From contig LBVU01000004.1 of assembly GCA_000993205.1 (NCBI GenBank), positions 124,113 to 188,112 on the forward strand: DNA of 64,000 nucleotides, in the 5' to 3' direction. Below are positions 47,290 to 57,131 of this stretch, in pieces; the first letter of the stretch is position 1; the number at the start of each line of letters is the position of its first letter. Below the pieces are notes generated by a model. It saw only the letters and a list, made by a program, of their open reading frames with translations. It was not told the DNA's origin and ran no database searches. A program made the translations under genes and the position numbers. This DNA comes from Candidatus Woesebacteria bacterium GW2011_GWB1_39_10 (lineage in GTDB: Bacteria; Patescibacteriota; Microgenomatia; UBA8517).

Positions 47290-48240
47290 ATGACAAAAAA
47301 ACAACTTATTTCAATAGTCTCTCCAGCTTTTAACGAGGCAAAAAACATATCCAAGATAGCCAAAGAGGTTGATGGGGTAATGGTTAAACTCAAAAAATTT
47401 GATTATGAATATCTTTTTGTAGATGATGGAAGTAGCGACGATACCTGGAATGAAATTATAAAAACATCTCACCAAAACAAAAAGGTCAGAGGAATCAGGT
47501 TTACAAGAAATTTCGGCCAACAAATTGCAATAACTGCTGGTATTGATATGGCAAAGGGCGAAGCTGTAATTTATTGTGATTCGGATTTGCAACACCCCCC
47601 TACATTATTCCCAAAATTAATTAACAAATGGATAAAGGGCGCAAAAGTAGTGCATACAAGGCGCGTGGAAACAGAAGGAATCGGACTATTTAAAAAAATA
47701 ATGTCCAAATTTTTCTATATTTCAGCAAATGCTCTATCCGATATTCAAATGGAAAATGGTATAGCAGATTTTAAATTATTGGATAAAGAGGTTTATTCCA
47801 AACTAAAATCAATGAAGGAAAAGAACAGATTTTTACGGGGCATGGTTTCTTGGATGGGCTATCCATCAACTACCATCAACTATCAAGCAAGAAAAAGAAT
47901 GGCGGGGAGGCCCTGGTATAATTTTTCAAGAAATTTGGAATTTGCAAAAACTGGCATAGTATCCCTTTCAACTAAACCTTTAAAGTATATTTTAAATTTT
48001 GGACTTTTTCTAATTGCAATTTCGTCGATAAGCCTAGTTACCGTTATTGCTACAATACTTTATCAAAGAAATTTAAGATTCTTTTCACCAACGATTATTC
48101 TTGCAATATTCAACACTCTCCTCATTGGTTTTGTCATAGCGTCCTTGGGAATAGTAGCTATTTATATTAGTTACCTTTACAAAGAAATCATAAAAAGACC
48201 GACATATCTTGTCTCTGAGAGAGTAAACCTCAAAAAATGA
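47290..48240 (+). CDS. Polyprenyl-phosphate glycosyltransferase (GT2, GtrB/ArnC/DPM1-like) with two C-terminal TM helices
   Basis: ISIVSPAFNEAKNI...YLFVDDGSSDDT...IYCDSDLQHPP. The C-terminus has two hydrophobic helices (FGLFLIAISSISLVTVIA and ILAIFNTLLIGFVIASLGIVAIYI). Confidence 0.8.
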   Translation: MTKKQLISIVSPAFNEAKNISKIAKEVDGVMVKLKKFDYEYLFVDDGSSDDTWNEIIKTSHQNKKVRGIRFTRNFGQQIAITAGIDMAKGEAVIYCDSDLQHPPTLFPKLINKWIKGAKVVHTRRVETEGIGLFKKIMSKFFYISANALSDIQMENGIADFKLLDKEVYSKLKSMKEKNRFLRGMVSWMGYPSTTINYQARKRMAGRPWYNFSRNLEFAKTGIVSLSTKPLKYILNFGLFLIAISSISLVTVIATILYQRNLRFFSPTIILAIFNTLLIGFVIASLGIVAIYISYLYKEIIKRPTYLVSERVNLKK

Positions 48241-48253
48241 CATATAATAAGCC

Positions 48254-48907
48254 ATGAACTTGAAACTTTTTATTTGTGGTTTACCCGAAAATTTAAGATA
48301 TCCATCGGCGAAAGTTATTTCAAATATGGAAGTCTTATTGTGGAATATTAAAAATAATCCTGTTCCGGTTCCTCACAAAATAAAGGTCAGGATAATTTCC
48401 GGTTATGCACAAAAGTTCCATACTCAAATATTAATCGAGACTGGAACATACTTAGGCCAAACTGTTGACGATCTAAAAAATGAATTTAATAAAATTTATT
48501 CAATTGAATTAGATAAAACTCTCTACAGGAATGCAAGGAAAATGTTTTCCAAAAACAGAAATATAAAAATCATTCAGGGCGATAGCACCACCATTCTTCC
48601 CAATTTAATTAGAGAGGCAAAAAAACCCACCCTATTTTGGTTAGATGCGCACTATTCCGGTGGAATTACTGCAAAAGGGAAAAAAGAAACTCCAATACTT
48701 AACGAGCTTAAATCGATTTCAAAAAGTAAAATTAAAAATCATGTAATCTTAATTGATGATGCTCGTAACTTTACAGGATTGTGTGATTATCCCACAATTA
48801 AGGAAATAAAATTATTTGTTTCTAGATATTTCCCCCATTACAAAATTGAAATAAAAGACGATATAATCCGAATCTATCCTTATGAGAAAAACATTCTGGA
48901 AAAATAA
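48254..48907 (+). CDS. Class I SAM-dependent O-methyltransferase, TylF/CmcI (Methyltransf_24)-like
   Basis: ILIETGTYLGQT glycine motif and FWLDAHYSGG, comparable to the Methyltransf_24 D-x-D-H-s-y-e block. Immediately upstream of fcl. Confidence 0.6.
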   Translation: MNLKLFICGLPENLRYPSAKVISNMEVLLWNIKNNPVPVPHKIKVRIISGYAQKFHTQILIETGTYLGQTVDDLKNEFNKIYSIELDKTLYRNARKMFSKNRNIKIIQGDSTTILPNLIREAKKPTLFWLDAHYSGGITAKGKKETPILNELKSISKSKIKNHVILIDDARNFTGLCDYPTIKEIKLFVSRYFPHYKIEIKDDIIRIYPYEKNILEK

Positions 48908-49841
48908 AGTTGTGGTTGTAACCGGCGGAAATGGTTTTTTGGGAAGCCATTTGGTCAAAAAACTTTTGAAGTTAGAGCCGAAGAAAATATTTGTTCCTGA
49001 AAGAAATAAATTTGATTTGAGAGATTATGAATCTTGCCTTAAGGCATTTAAAAATGCAGATATTGTTATTCATTTGGCTGGAAACGTGGGTGGAATCGGA
49101 TACAACCAAGACAGACCCGCAGAACTTTTCGATGACAATATTTTAATGGGAGTAAATACAATGCGTGCCGCAAGGGCCTGCAATGTGAAAAAAGTCGTTA
49201 TAATCGGCACCATTTGTGCTTATCCAAAATTTACTCCGATTCCCTTTAAAGAAAAAGATCTTTGGAACGGGTATCCTGAGGAGACGAATGCTCCTTATGG
49301 ACTTGCAAAAAAAATGTTACTAGTTCAATCGCAAGCATACAGACAACAATATGGCTTTAATTCTATTTATCTCCTGCCCGTAAATTTATACGGTCCTGAA
49401 GACAATTTTAACCCAAATTCATCTCATGTTATTCCGGCTCTTATCAAAAAATTCGTTGAAGCTAAAGATAAAAAGTCAAAAGAAGTTGTTATTTGGGGGT
49501 CTGGTAAACCAACTAGAGAGTTCCTTTACGTGGGGAATGCAGCAGAGGGGATATTAATGGCAACTGAAAAATACGACAAACCCAATCCTGTCAATCTTGG
49601 CTCCGGCTTTGAGATCTCTATTAAAAACCTTGCCAAAACAATTTCAGAGATTGTCGGATTTGAGGGAAAAATTGTTTTTGACAAAACAAAACCTGATGGC
49701 CAACCAAGAAGAAGGCTGGATGTAGGCAGGGCCAAAAAAGAATTCGGATTTAAAGCAAAAACAAATTTTAAAACAGGACTAAGCAATACTATAGATTGGT
49801 ACTTAAAATCGAATCTATATCAAAATCCCGACCTAGCTTAA
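48882..49841 (+). CDS. fcl: GDP-L-fucose synthase (GDP-4-keto-6-deoxy-D-mannose 3,5-epimerase/4-reductase)
   Basis: Blockwise match to E. coli Fcl: [24 protein letters not shown] versus [39 protein letters not shown] versus VVWGSGTPMREFLHV, and [16 protein letters not shown] versus FDASKPDGTPRKLLDV. Confidence 0.9.
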   Translation: [319 protein letters not shown]

Positions 49842-50856
49842 TTGCGTTTTCTCTATATTTTAACCATAGTTTGTTATCCCTTATAATTTTCTCAATTGCC
49901 TGGGTCAATTCTTCGACGCTCAATTTAATGACCAGGCCGGCGTCATATTTTCTAACATCCTCAGATGTCCCAACCACATCAGTAATCACAATCGGCACTC
50001 CACAAGCCAAATATTCTCTGGCCTTTTTTGAGTCACCATAATAAACCCAAGAATAATTTTTTGAAAAAGTATAAATAGCCAAAGCAAGACTTGATTTAGA
50101 CACCTCCTCCAAGAGATCTTTATTGGATAGCTGACCTAGCAATTTTACATTTTTTGACAACCTCATCTTGCTAACTTTAGCAGCAAGTTTTCCCTGATAC
50201 ACCCCCGTTCCAATTAGGGAGAGATTTAAATTAGGTAATTCTTTTGATACTTTTTTAAAAGATTTAAGAACTAAGTCAAATATCGGACTATGTGTAAGGC
50301 CCATCACCATGACAATCTTATTTCTATCAATTTTATTTATTGGTAGTCTGGGACATTTATCAAAACTTGGTGAATTTGGAATAAATTTAATTTTCTCATT
50401 GGCTACACCTTGTTTTTTTCTAACCTCAATAATTCTGGTTGAAACGTTCCACACTTCATCTGAATTTTTTGCACAAAATTCATCTATTTTCAAATAACAA
50501 ATATTTAAGAATTTATTTTCAAATCTGGTGGGGGTATAATCTACACAATAAAAAATAGTCTTGTTTACCAAATCTAGTTTCTTAAGAACAATGCCGGCAA
50601 AGGCGTTTAGAGGGTCTATACCAATAAAGATATCTGGTTTATATGAAATACTTTTAAAAATCGTGTTTATTGTTTCAAAAAATGATTTAATTATTAATGG
50701 CAATTTTGAGACAAGTGGATATCCAATTAGTAAATATTTTCTTTTTTTGTTCTCCAGATAATCTTTTATGACATTTACCGGTCCATAAACCGGACCAGAG
50801 TCTGTGTAATAAATATGGCTAACCAGAAGAATTTTAGTGTCTCTCATACCATTCAA
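49789..50856 (-). CDS. Atypical GT4-family glycosyltransferase (paralog group A, member 3)
   Basis: IFYCVDYTPTRFENKFLNICYLKIDEFCAKNSDEVWNVSTRI and the C-terminal YLACGVPIVITDVVGTSE motif. Confidence 0.7.
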   Translation of the reverse strand: MNGMRDTKILLVSHIYYTDSGPVYGPVNVIKDYLENKKRKYLLIGYPLVSKLPLIIKSFFETINTIFKSISYKPDIFIGIDPLNAFAGIVLKKLDLVNKTIFYCVDYTPTRFENKFLNICYLKIDEFCAKNSDEVWNVSTRIIEVRKKQGVANEKIKFIPNSPSFDKCPRLPINKIDRNKIVMVMGLTHSPIFDLVLKSFKKVSKELPNLNLSLIGTGVYQGKLAAKVSKMRLSKNVKLLGQLSNKDLLEEVSKSSLALAIYTFSKNYSWVYYGDSKKAREYLACGVPIVITDVVGTSEDVRKYDAGLVIKLSVEELTQAIEKIIRDNKLWLKYRENAIKLGRDFDIDSILSTNL

Positions 50857-51721
50857 TTGTCTTTTTCAGACCATCTTCAAATGAAGTTTTCGCTTCCCAG
50901 TTGAGCTCTTTTCTCGCAAGAGATAAGGCCTGATTTATGTTAAAAACCTTTCCTTCCTCGTTTGAACTAAAATCAACTTTAATACCTTTACCCAATACCT
51001 TTTTAAAAACTTCGAGAACTTCTAAAACCGAATATTTTTTAGTCGCTCCCAAATTAAAAATTCCCGCTTTCTTTATTCGTATTACCGTTGAAAATGCTTC
51101 TACAATGTCACCTACATACAAATAATCTCTCTCCTGCTTCCCATCGCCATAAATAACCACTTTACCATCGTCTTTAATATTTGAATAAAATGTATATATA
51201 ATCCCTTTAAAATTTCCCGGACCATAAATATTAAAGGGGCGAAAAATAGTTGCGGGTTCACCGATTTTTGTAGACCAATATTGGACTATTTTTTCGGCAA
51301 GATATTTAGTCAACCCATATTCGGTATTCGGAAAACATTCATCAGTTTCCTTAAATTTATTTTTTTTATCCTTTCCATAAACAGCGACTGATGAAGTAAA
51401 TATGAATTGTTTTATGGGATGTTTTAGCGCCTCCATTATTAGGTTGCGGGTAGCCATAACGTTATCTTTAATTAGTTCTTCTTCCGGAGGTAAATTCCTC
51501 CCAGCCAGATGGATAACTACATCAACATCTTTCAAAAATTCCGAGATACCCTCTCCACTAACCAAATTTCCACGTACCCACTCTATACCTCTAGGAAGTG
51601 GGGGGTTTTCTTCAATCACAAACGCTTTTATTGAATAACCATCAGAAAGAAGTTTACTTATAAGGTGTCCTCCTAAAAAGCCAGTCGCTCCGGTTATTCC
51701 AATTTTCATTTCTAAACCCAA
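50834..51721 (-). CDS. NAD-dependent epimerase/dehydratase (SDR)
   Basis: KIGITGATGFLGGHLISKL and YGLTK (YxxxK). The likely start is the MKIGITG Met at about 51709. Confidence 0.8.
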   Translation of the reverse strand: MGLEMKIGITGATGFLGGHLISKLLSDGYSIKAFVIEENPPLPRGIEWVRGNLVSGEGISEFLKDVDVVIHLAGRNLPPEEELIKDNVMATRNLIMEALKHPIKQFIFTSSVAVYGKDKKNKFKETDECFPNTEYGLTKYLAEKIVQYWSTKIGEPATIFRPFNIYGPGNFKGIIYTFYSNIKDDGKVVIYGDGKQERDYLYVGDIVEAFSTVIRIKKAGIFNLGATKKYSVLEVLEVFKKVLGKGIKVDFSSNEEGKVFNINQALSLARKELNWEAKTSFEDGLKKTIEWYERH

Positions 51722-52710
51722 CCCTCTTTTTCCAATAAAGAGCGGAGTTCTTTTTTACCGATCTGCTCGGTGGTGTCTGAAGCATATCTAAATTCCTTTA
51801 GTGTTTTTTTACCTGCGTATTTTTTTTCTACTGCAGGGATAGATATTTGAGGTAAAATTACATAATAATCTCCGAACTCTACTGTTCTCACGCTTTCTGC
51901 GGGACTAATAAGTGTTTCGTGAATTTTCTCACCGGGACGGATTCCCATTTTAACTATACTTTCAGTATTTTTACCATTGGCCTCTAAAAGAACTTCTGCA
52001 AGGTCAACTATGGAATGACCCGGCATCTTTCTTACAAACACCTCACCACCAACACCTTCTGTCATTGCTGTTAATACCAACTCAACGCTTTTTTGGAGAG
52101 TTAGAATAAAACGGGTCATTCGGGAATCTGTAATGGTCAAGGGTTTGCCTTCTTGAATCAACTTTTTAAAGTGTGGTACAACCGACCCCCTTGAACCAAG
52201 AACATTTCCGTATCTGGTAGAAACAAATACAGTATTGCCTACATCATAGAGATTTGCAGTTGTAATGAGCCGTTCCTGAAGAGCTTTGGCCATTCCGTAG
52301 GCATTTATCGGCTCAACAGCTTTATCTGTAGAAAGCGCAACAACTTTTTCTACTCCTTCATCCCTAGCCGCTTCAATTATATTTTCAGCGCCAATAACGT
52401 TAGTCTTGATCCCCTCCCAAACATTATATTCAACCTCGGTGATCCATTTTAGGGCAGCAGCATGGACTACAATATCTACACCGCGCATGGCCTCACGAAC
52501 ACTTCTAAAATCTCTGATGTCCCCCAATACAAAACGAGTACTTTGCTCATTGTTGTATTCCAACCGCATAGCACCCTGCTTGTCTTCGTCCCTGCTAAAA
52601 ACGATTATTTCCTTTGGCCTATACTTTAGAATTTCTCCAATAAACATACGTCCAAAAGATCCGGTCCCACCGGTAACTAATATTCTCTTACCGCTAAGTA
52701 TTTTTGTCAT
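51712..52710 (-). CDS. UDP-N-acetylglucosamine 4,6-dehydratase, short PseB/FlaA1/CapE-like (Polysacc_synt_2)
   Basis: Matches H. pylori PseB blocks: ILVTGGTGSFG, IVVHAAALKWI, LSTDKAVEPINAYGMAKA, TRYGNVLGSRGSVVPHF, and KPLTITDSRMTRF. Confidence 0.8.
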   Translation of the reverse strand: MTKILSGKRILVTGGTGSFGRMFIGEILKYRPKEIIVFSRDEDKQGAMRLEYNNEQSTRFVLGDIRDFRSVREAMRGVDIVVHAAALKWITEVEYNVWEGIKTNVIGAENIIEAARDEGVEKVVALSTDKAVEPINAYGMAKALQERLITTANLYDVGNTVFVSTRYGNVLGSRGSVVPHFKKLIQEGKPLTITDSRMTRFILTLQKSVELVLTAMTEGVGGEVFVRKMPGHSIVDLAEVLLEANGKNTESIVKMGIRPGEKIHETLISPAESVRTVEFGDYYVILPQISIPAVEKKYAGKKTLKEFRYASDTTEQIGKKELRSLLEKEGWV

Positions 52711-53575
52711 GTTTGGCTGTCACGATTATACCAGAATTAATTGCACCTAGGAATGCGCCCGTTCCTTCAAAAATCTTTACTATTAGCATGCCTAACGTTA
52801 ACCCGGGGTGAGAAATCATTTTTTTCCATTTTTTAAAAAAAATCGGCCTCAAAATTAGGTTGCCAAGACTTAAAACTTGTTCCGGATGTCTTTTCAAAAA
52901 CGTACCGGAATGGGAAGCGTAATAGTATTTCTTTTTGGCTGATTTAAACGGAGAGAACCTACCTTCGTCGTGATATATATAACTTTTAATACGACCAATT
53001 TTAACTCCGGCCTTTCGCATTCTGAGTGGTAAATCATAATCTTCGGGACCGGTTATGCCCGTATCATAGCCATTAAACTTTTTAAAAGTAGTTTTTTTGA
53101 AAAATCTTGGGGCTTCAATTGTCTTATCGCCAACATAAAACTCCCTTTCGAAAACCTTATACTTTGTCCAAAAACCAATACCGAACGATTTCTCGGGGAT
53201 GATGAGTGCCCCCACTTTGGGGTCATTTGTAACAACACCGATACAATCTGCCAATACCCCCGGAGCTAAAGTCATATCTGCATCCAAGACAAGTATATAT
53301 TGACCCCGTGATACTTGCACACCATAGTTTCTCTGAGCAGACCTCTCCGGTCCTTTATCAAAAACCCGTGCCCCAAATTTTCTGGCTATATCTTTAGTGC
53401 CATCGGTTGAGGCATTATCAACCACAATCGTTTCGAAATCTTTGAATGTTTGCAACTTTAGACTCTTGAGAAGTCTTGGTAAATGGAGGGACTCATTCTT
53501 TGAAGTTATTGTAATTGAAATCATATTTTTCTCCATACTCTTGTAAAATGATACCATACTGGAATATAATCCCAT
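52694..53575 (-). CDS. Glycosyltransferase family 2
   Basis: MISITITSKNESLHLPRLLKSL...IVVDNASTDGT...ILVLDADMTL. The likely start is the internal MISITI. Confidence 0.85.
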   Translation of the reverse strand: MGLYSSMVSFYKSMEKNMISITITSKNESLHLPRLLKSLKLQTFKDFETIVVDNASTDGTKDIARKFGARVFDKGPERSAQRNYGVQVSRGQYILVLDADMTLAPGVLADCIGVVTNDPKVGALIIPEKSFGIGFWTKYKVFEREFYVGDKTIEAPRFFKKTTFKKFNGYDTGITGPEDYDLPLRMRKAGVKIGRIKSYIYHDEGRFSPFKSAKKKYYYASHSGTFLKRHPEQVLSLGNLILRPIFFKKWKKMISHPGLTLGMLIVKIFEGTGAFLGAINSGIIVTAKHDKNT

Positions 53576-53578
53576 TGT

Positions 53579-54079
53579 ATGACATTTTTTAAATTACGTC
53601 TTTTGGCAGCATTTTCAGTCTTTGCCCTCTTCCTGTCAATTACCCCCACTGTTTTTGCCCAATCTCCGGAATCTTTCGGACTCACACCTCAAAAAACTCT
53701 TCCTGGTAGTTCCGGATATTTGTTCAAAAGGGTAAAGGAAAAAGTAACAAAAGTGTTTAAGTTTTCTAAAAACTCTAAATACCAATTCCAAAAAGGATTG
53801 CTTGAAAGAAGAGTTTCCGAATATGTCAGCCTTGTTGAAAAAAATGAACAATCACAAATTTCAGATGCTTCGCAAAGGTTGGCTTTCGAGGCAGGAATTC
53901 TTGCTGAAAGTTCGGTTGAAGAGTCCAAAGAAAAGAAAACTGAAATCATTAGCTTGTTTGAAAAATACAAACCAATTCTTGGAAAAATGAGGGACAACTT
54001 CCCTGCCAACACCCCTTTCTGGCTCTTGTCCCAACAAGACATTGATACAATGAATATCTTAACCGAAAAACTCAAGTAA
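53579..54079 (+). CDS. Secreted hypothetical protein with cleavable signal peptide
   Basis: MTFFKLRLLAAFSVFALFLSITPTVFA|QSP shows an n-h-c signal peptide with an AxA-like cleavage site. The mature part is predicted helical and K/E-rich. The overlapping minus-strand ORF 53689..54096 is rejected. Confidence 0.6.
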   Translation: MTFFKLRLLAAFSVFALFLSITPTVFAQSPESFGLTPQKTLPGSSGYLFKRVKEKVTKVFKFSKNSKYQFQKGLLERRVSEYVSLVEKNEQSQISDASQRLAFEAGILAESSVEESKEKKTEIISLFEKYKPILGKMRDNFPANTPFWLLSQQDIDTMNILTEKLK

Positions 54080-55023
54080 TGGCTAAAGTTCCACAAATAT
54101 CGTTTGTTATCCCTGCCAAGGATGAAGAAAAGACAATTTTATTGCTTCACGATCAGATCGTTGATGAAATGAAGAAAATTCATAAATCATTCGAGGTTAT
54201 TTTTGTCGACGACGGCTCTACAGACTCCACCCTTGAAATCGCAAAAAAACTTAACCGCAAAAATAAAAATGTAAAAATCGTAAAACACCGAGGAAATTTT
54301 GGTAAATCGATCGCACTACAAAGCGGTTTTGAAGCGAGTCAGGGTGAAATAATAATCACAATGGATGCAGATCTTCAGGACAATCCCAAGGAAATACCAA
54401 AATTTATTAAAAAAATCGAAGAAGGTCACGACCTGGTCTCAGGTTGGAAAAAGAAAAGATTCGACCCACTAAGCAAAACCATTCCCTCAAAAATGGGTAA
54501 TTGGCTAACTAGAAAACTAACGGGGGTCAAAATCCACGACTTAAATTGCGGTTTTAAAGCCTACAGAAAAAATGTCCTAGCAAATATTCATCTTTATGGG
54601 GAACTCTACAAATTCATTCCCGTACTTGTTACTCATCAAAATTTTAAAGTTACGGAGATTGTGGTATCCCATAAGCCAAGAAAATACGGTAAAAGCAAAT
54701 TTGGAATGGAAAGAAATATCAAAGGAGTACTTGATTTGATAACAGTAGTTTTCCTTACCGGTTACATTCGACGCCCCGGACATTTTTTTGGTTTTTGGGG
54801 AATGGTTTCGTTTTTTGTTGGATTTGTAATTGGCATTTACATAACATATTTGCGAGTCGTCACAGGAACAATCCAGGACAGACAACCATTACTCATTCTT
54901 GGAATGCTTCTTATGATTATTGGTATTCAATTAATTTCGACCGGTTTAGTATCGGAGATGATAGTTAGTCTTAATCAAAAAGATTCCTCTACGGAAAAAT
55001 ATATCGAAGAGAAAATTATTTAA
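54079..55023 (+). CDS. Polyprenyl-phosphate glycosyltransferase (GT2; dolichyl/undecaprenyl-phosphate mannose or glucose synthase, GtrB/DPM1-like) with two C-terminal TM helices
   Basis: ISFVIPAKDEEKTI...VIFVDDGSTDST...IITMDADLQDNP (DxD..Q). C-terminal TM helices FGFWGMVSFFVGFVIGIYITYL and LLILGMLLMIIGIQLISTGLV. TAATG overlap with the preceding gene. Confidence 0.85.
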   Translation: MAKVPQISFVIPAKDEEKTILLLHDQIVDEMKKIHKSFEVIFVDDGSTDSTLEIAKKLNRKNKNVKIVKHRGNFGKSIALQSGFEASQGEIIITMDADLQDNPKEIPKFIKKIEEGHDLVSGWKKKRFDPLSKTIPSKMGNWLTRKLTGVKIHDLNCGFKAYRKNVLANIHLYGELYKFIPVLVTHQNFKVTEIVVSHKPRKYGKSKFGMERNIKGVLDLITVVFLTGYIRRPGHFFGFWGMVSFFVGFVIGIYITYLRVVTGTIQDRQPLLILGMLLMIIGIQLISTGLVSEMIVSLNQKDSSTEKYIEEKII

Positions 55024-57131
55024 GGAAGCGTTTTTAATCCATACACATTTACCTCAAAATTCTTGAGCAAACATGAATTTTCAATCTGTGGGTCCAGCAT
55101 TATATAACGCGTATTTTTTCCGGCAAAAAGATAGACAAAATTTGTGTCATTCCACCCAATTATCTTTTCATCAACATTCGGTGCTACTTGCGGTGAGGTA
55201 ATGGGGTCAATTTGTTGTTGCCAGACCTTCTTGTCGCTTGATAAAGCGATATATCCCAAAGATCCGTTTTGACAACCATTTTTCGCATGATGGACAACTA
55301 ACTTTGTAATAAACACATTCTTACCCAAATCAATGTTTAGGGCCGACCCCAATATATTTTTATCAATAGACGTAAACTTTGGCAAATACGAAATTTCTTC
55401 CTTAAAAATGCTTTTTGTATGTTCCATATCATTTTTCCAAACCTTCAAAATTGGTACGCCATCAACAGAATAAACATAAACAGGCTCAAGATATTTATCA
55501 TAATACTGGAAACTATACCAGTATTTCATTGGCCATTCAAAATACATTTCAATACCATACTCTCCCTCCCGATTTGGGCCAGACCAGTTCGGTTTAGAAT
55601 AGTGCAAGTCGCTTCTAAACATTGTTCTTGAGATATTCGACATGACCCCAAGGGGAAGAGCAATTTTAGCTTCTATTTCGGAATTTTCATTTATCCATTT
55701 AACGCCTTGCAAATAAACTGATCCGTAAGTGTTGCCCCAATACGGAATATTTTTTAATTGGGCACCTTTTAATCCTCCCACCAGTTGATTAAAATATATA
55801 TTTTCATTAGGATGAATTTTCACCATTTCAAAAATAGAAAAAAACAGTCCTACTACAATCAAAGCAAGTGAAACTTTTCTGAAACGAAATCTAAGCAAAG
55901 TATACGTACCAACCCCTGAGAGAATAGCCAAAGCGGGCACATATTCCATAATTTGCCTCACACCGCCGTAAATATCAGCGTTTGGCCACGAAACCCTGAC
56001 AATTGAAACAAATAGCCAAAGTATTGCGAATAAATAGAACTCCATTTTTCTTAATCTAGCAAACAACCAGAAAGACAATATCCCAACTACCGAAAGAACC
56101 AAAACAGGGAGCGTTGTTGTTACGGATATCCAATAGGCAGGGTAAATATTCCAACCATAAAGAATATATTTAGACATTTCAGCAGGAGTTCCAATTCCTA
56201 TCTGGGTGTAATATCCCAAAATATTGAAGGTATTTCGTGCCGGATCTTGCCATAAATACGGCCAAAAAATATACACGATACCCAAAGAAATTGGCAAATA
56301 GACAACGAATGACAACAAGAGCATCCTTCTATCATTTAAAAATTGGGCTACCTTTGTAATCGAAAAATTTGGGGAAAACTTATTTATTAAATAAAAAACA
56401 ATCCATGGCACAACAATAACTGCGGCAAAAATAATATTTAATTTAGTTCCTAATGCCAAACCAGCCGCGATCGATGAAATTAAAATAAACTTCCATTTAT
56501 TTTTTACCACACCCAAATAAAAAAACATTATAGCTAGTCCGAAAAAAGACGCCTCCGGGGGATCCTTTATATTGAAATGGGATTCTGAAAAGAATAATGG
56601 ATAGCTGGCCAGAACAATTGAGCTAACAATTGCTGGAAACGTGCCGAGCTCTTGGCACACAAAATATGCAATTCCAATTATTAGCAAAAAGCTCGTAAAT
56701 AGAATAAACAAATGATGAGAGACGTTATCGCCCAATATTCCCAATTTTTGATAAAATAAATAGTTTGATAAAGCTGCCAAAATGTCATTTACAGGAGGGT
56801 GACCGCTATCGTTGACTACCCAAAATTCGTAATTATAATAATCATTTTGATAATAACTCCGCCTGAAACCGCCACCGGGGCACGAAGGCAACAAGAGCCC
56901 CAGATTTCCGGAGTTGCAGTTTGAATAAACCAGAGGCGGAAAATCATTGTAATTTTTCTTTCCCGTCAAAAAGAAATTAAGATAAGATTGGCCCCTGCTG
57001 AAATGTACAAAGCTGTCCCAATTGATTCCATAATCTGGTATTGTAGCTATTCCAATTATTAAAAACAAAACAGGAACAATTAGTATCAAAAAATGTGGTG
57101 AAATTAATATTTGTCTAAACTTTCTAAACAT
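55020..57131 (-). CDS. PMT/ArnT-family GT-C glycosyltransferase (protein O-mannosyltransferase-like), paralog 1
   Basis: The first loop DYGINWDSFVHFSRGQSYL is comparable to the PMT DE-VHFG and ArnT DETRYAEISR motifs. 703 aa, about 12 TM helices. A SESHFNIKDPPE block is shared with the paralog at 60760..62739. Confidence 0.8.
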   Translation of the reverse strand: MFRKFRQILISPHFLILIVPVLFLIIGIATIPDYGINWDSFVHFSRGQSYLNFFLTGKKNYNDFPPLVYSNCNSGNLGLLLPSCPGGGFRRSYYQNDYYNYEFWVVNDSGHPPVNDILAALSNYLFYQKLGILGDNVSHHLFILFTSFLLIIGIAYFVCQELGTFPAIVSSIVLASYPLFFSESHFNIKDPPEASFFGLAIMFFYLGVVKNKWKFILISSIAAGLALGTKLNIIFAAVIVVPWIVFYLINKFSPNFSITKVAQFLNDRRMLLLSFVVYLPISLGIVYIFWPYLWQDPARNTFNILGYYTQIGIGTPAEMSKYILYGWNIYPAYWISVTTTLPVLVLSVVGILSFWLFARLRKMEFYLFAILWLFVSIVRVSWPNADIYGGVRQIMEYVPALAILSGVGTYTLLRFRFRKVSLALIVVGLFFSIFEMVKIHPNENIYFNQLVGGLKGAQLKNIPYWGNTYGSVYLQGVKWINENSEIEAKIALPLGVMSNISRTMFRSDLHYSKPNWSGPNREGEYGIEMYFEWPMKYWYSFQYYDKYLEPVYVYSVDGVPILKVWKNDMEHTKSIFKEEISYLPKFTSIDKNILGSALNIDLGKNVFITKLVVHHAKNGCQNGSLGYIALSSDKKVWQQQIDPITSPQVAPNVDEKIIGWNDTNFVYLFAGKNTRYIMLDPQIENSCLLKNFEVNVYGLKTLP

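Noticed and set aside
53689-54096. 135-aa minus-strand ORF overlapping the 53579..54079 plus-strand gene
   Set aside because: The plus-strand product has a textbook signal peptide and a TAATG junction with the downstream GT2. The minus-strand ORF has no features and would overlap two genes.
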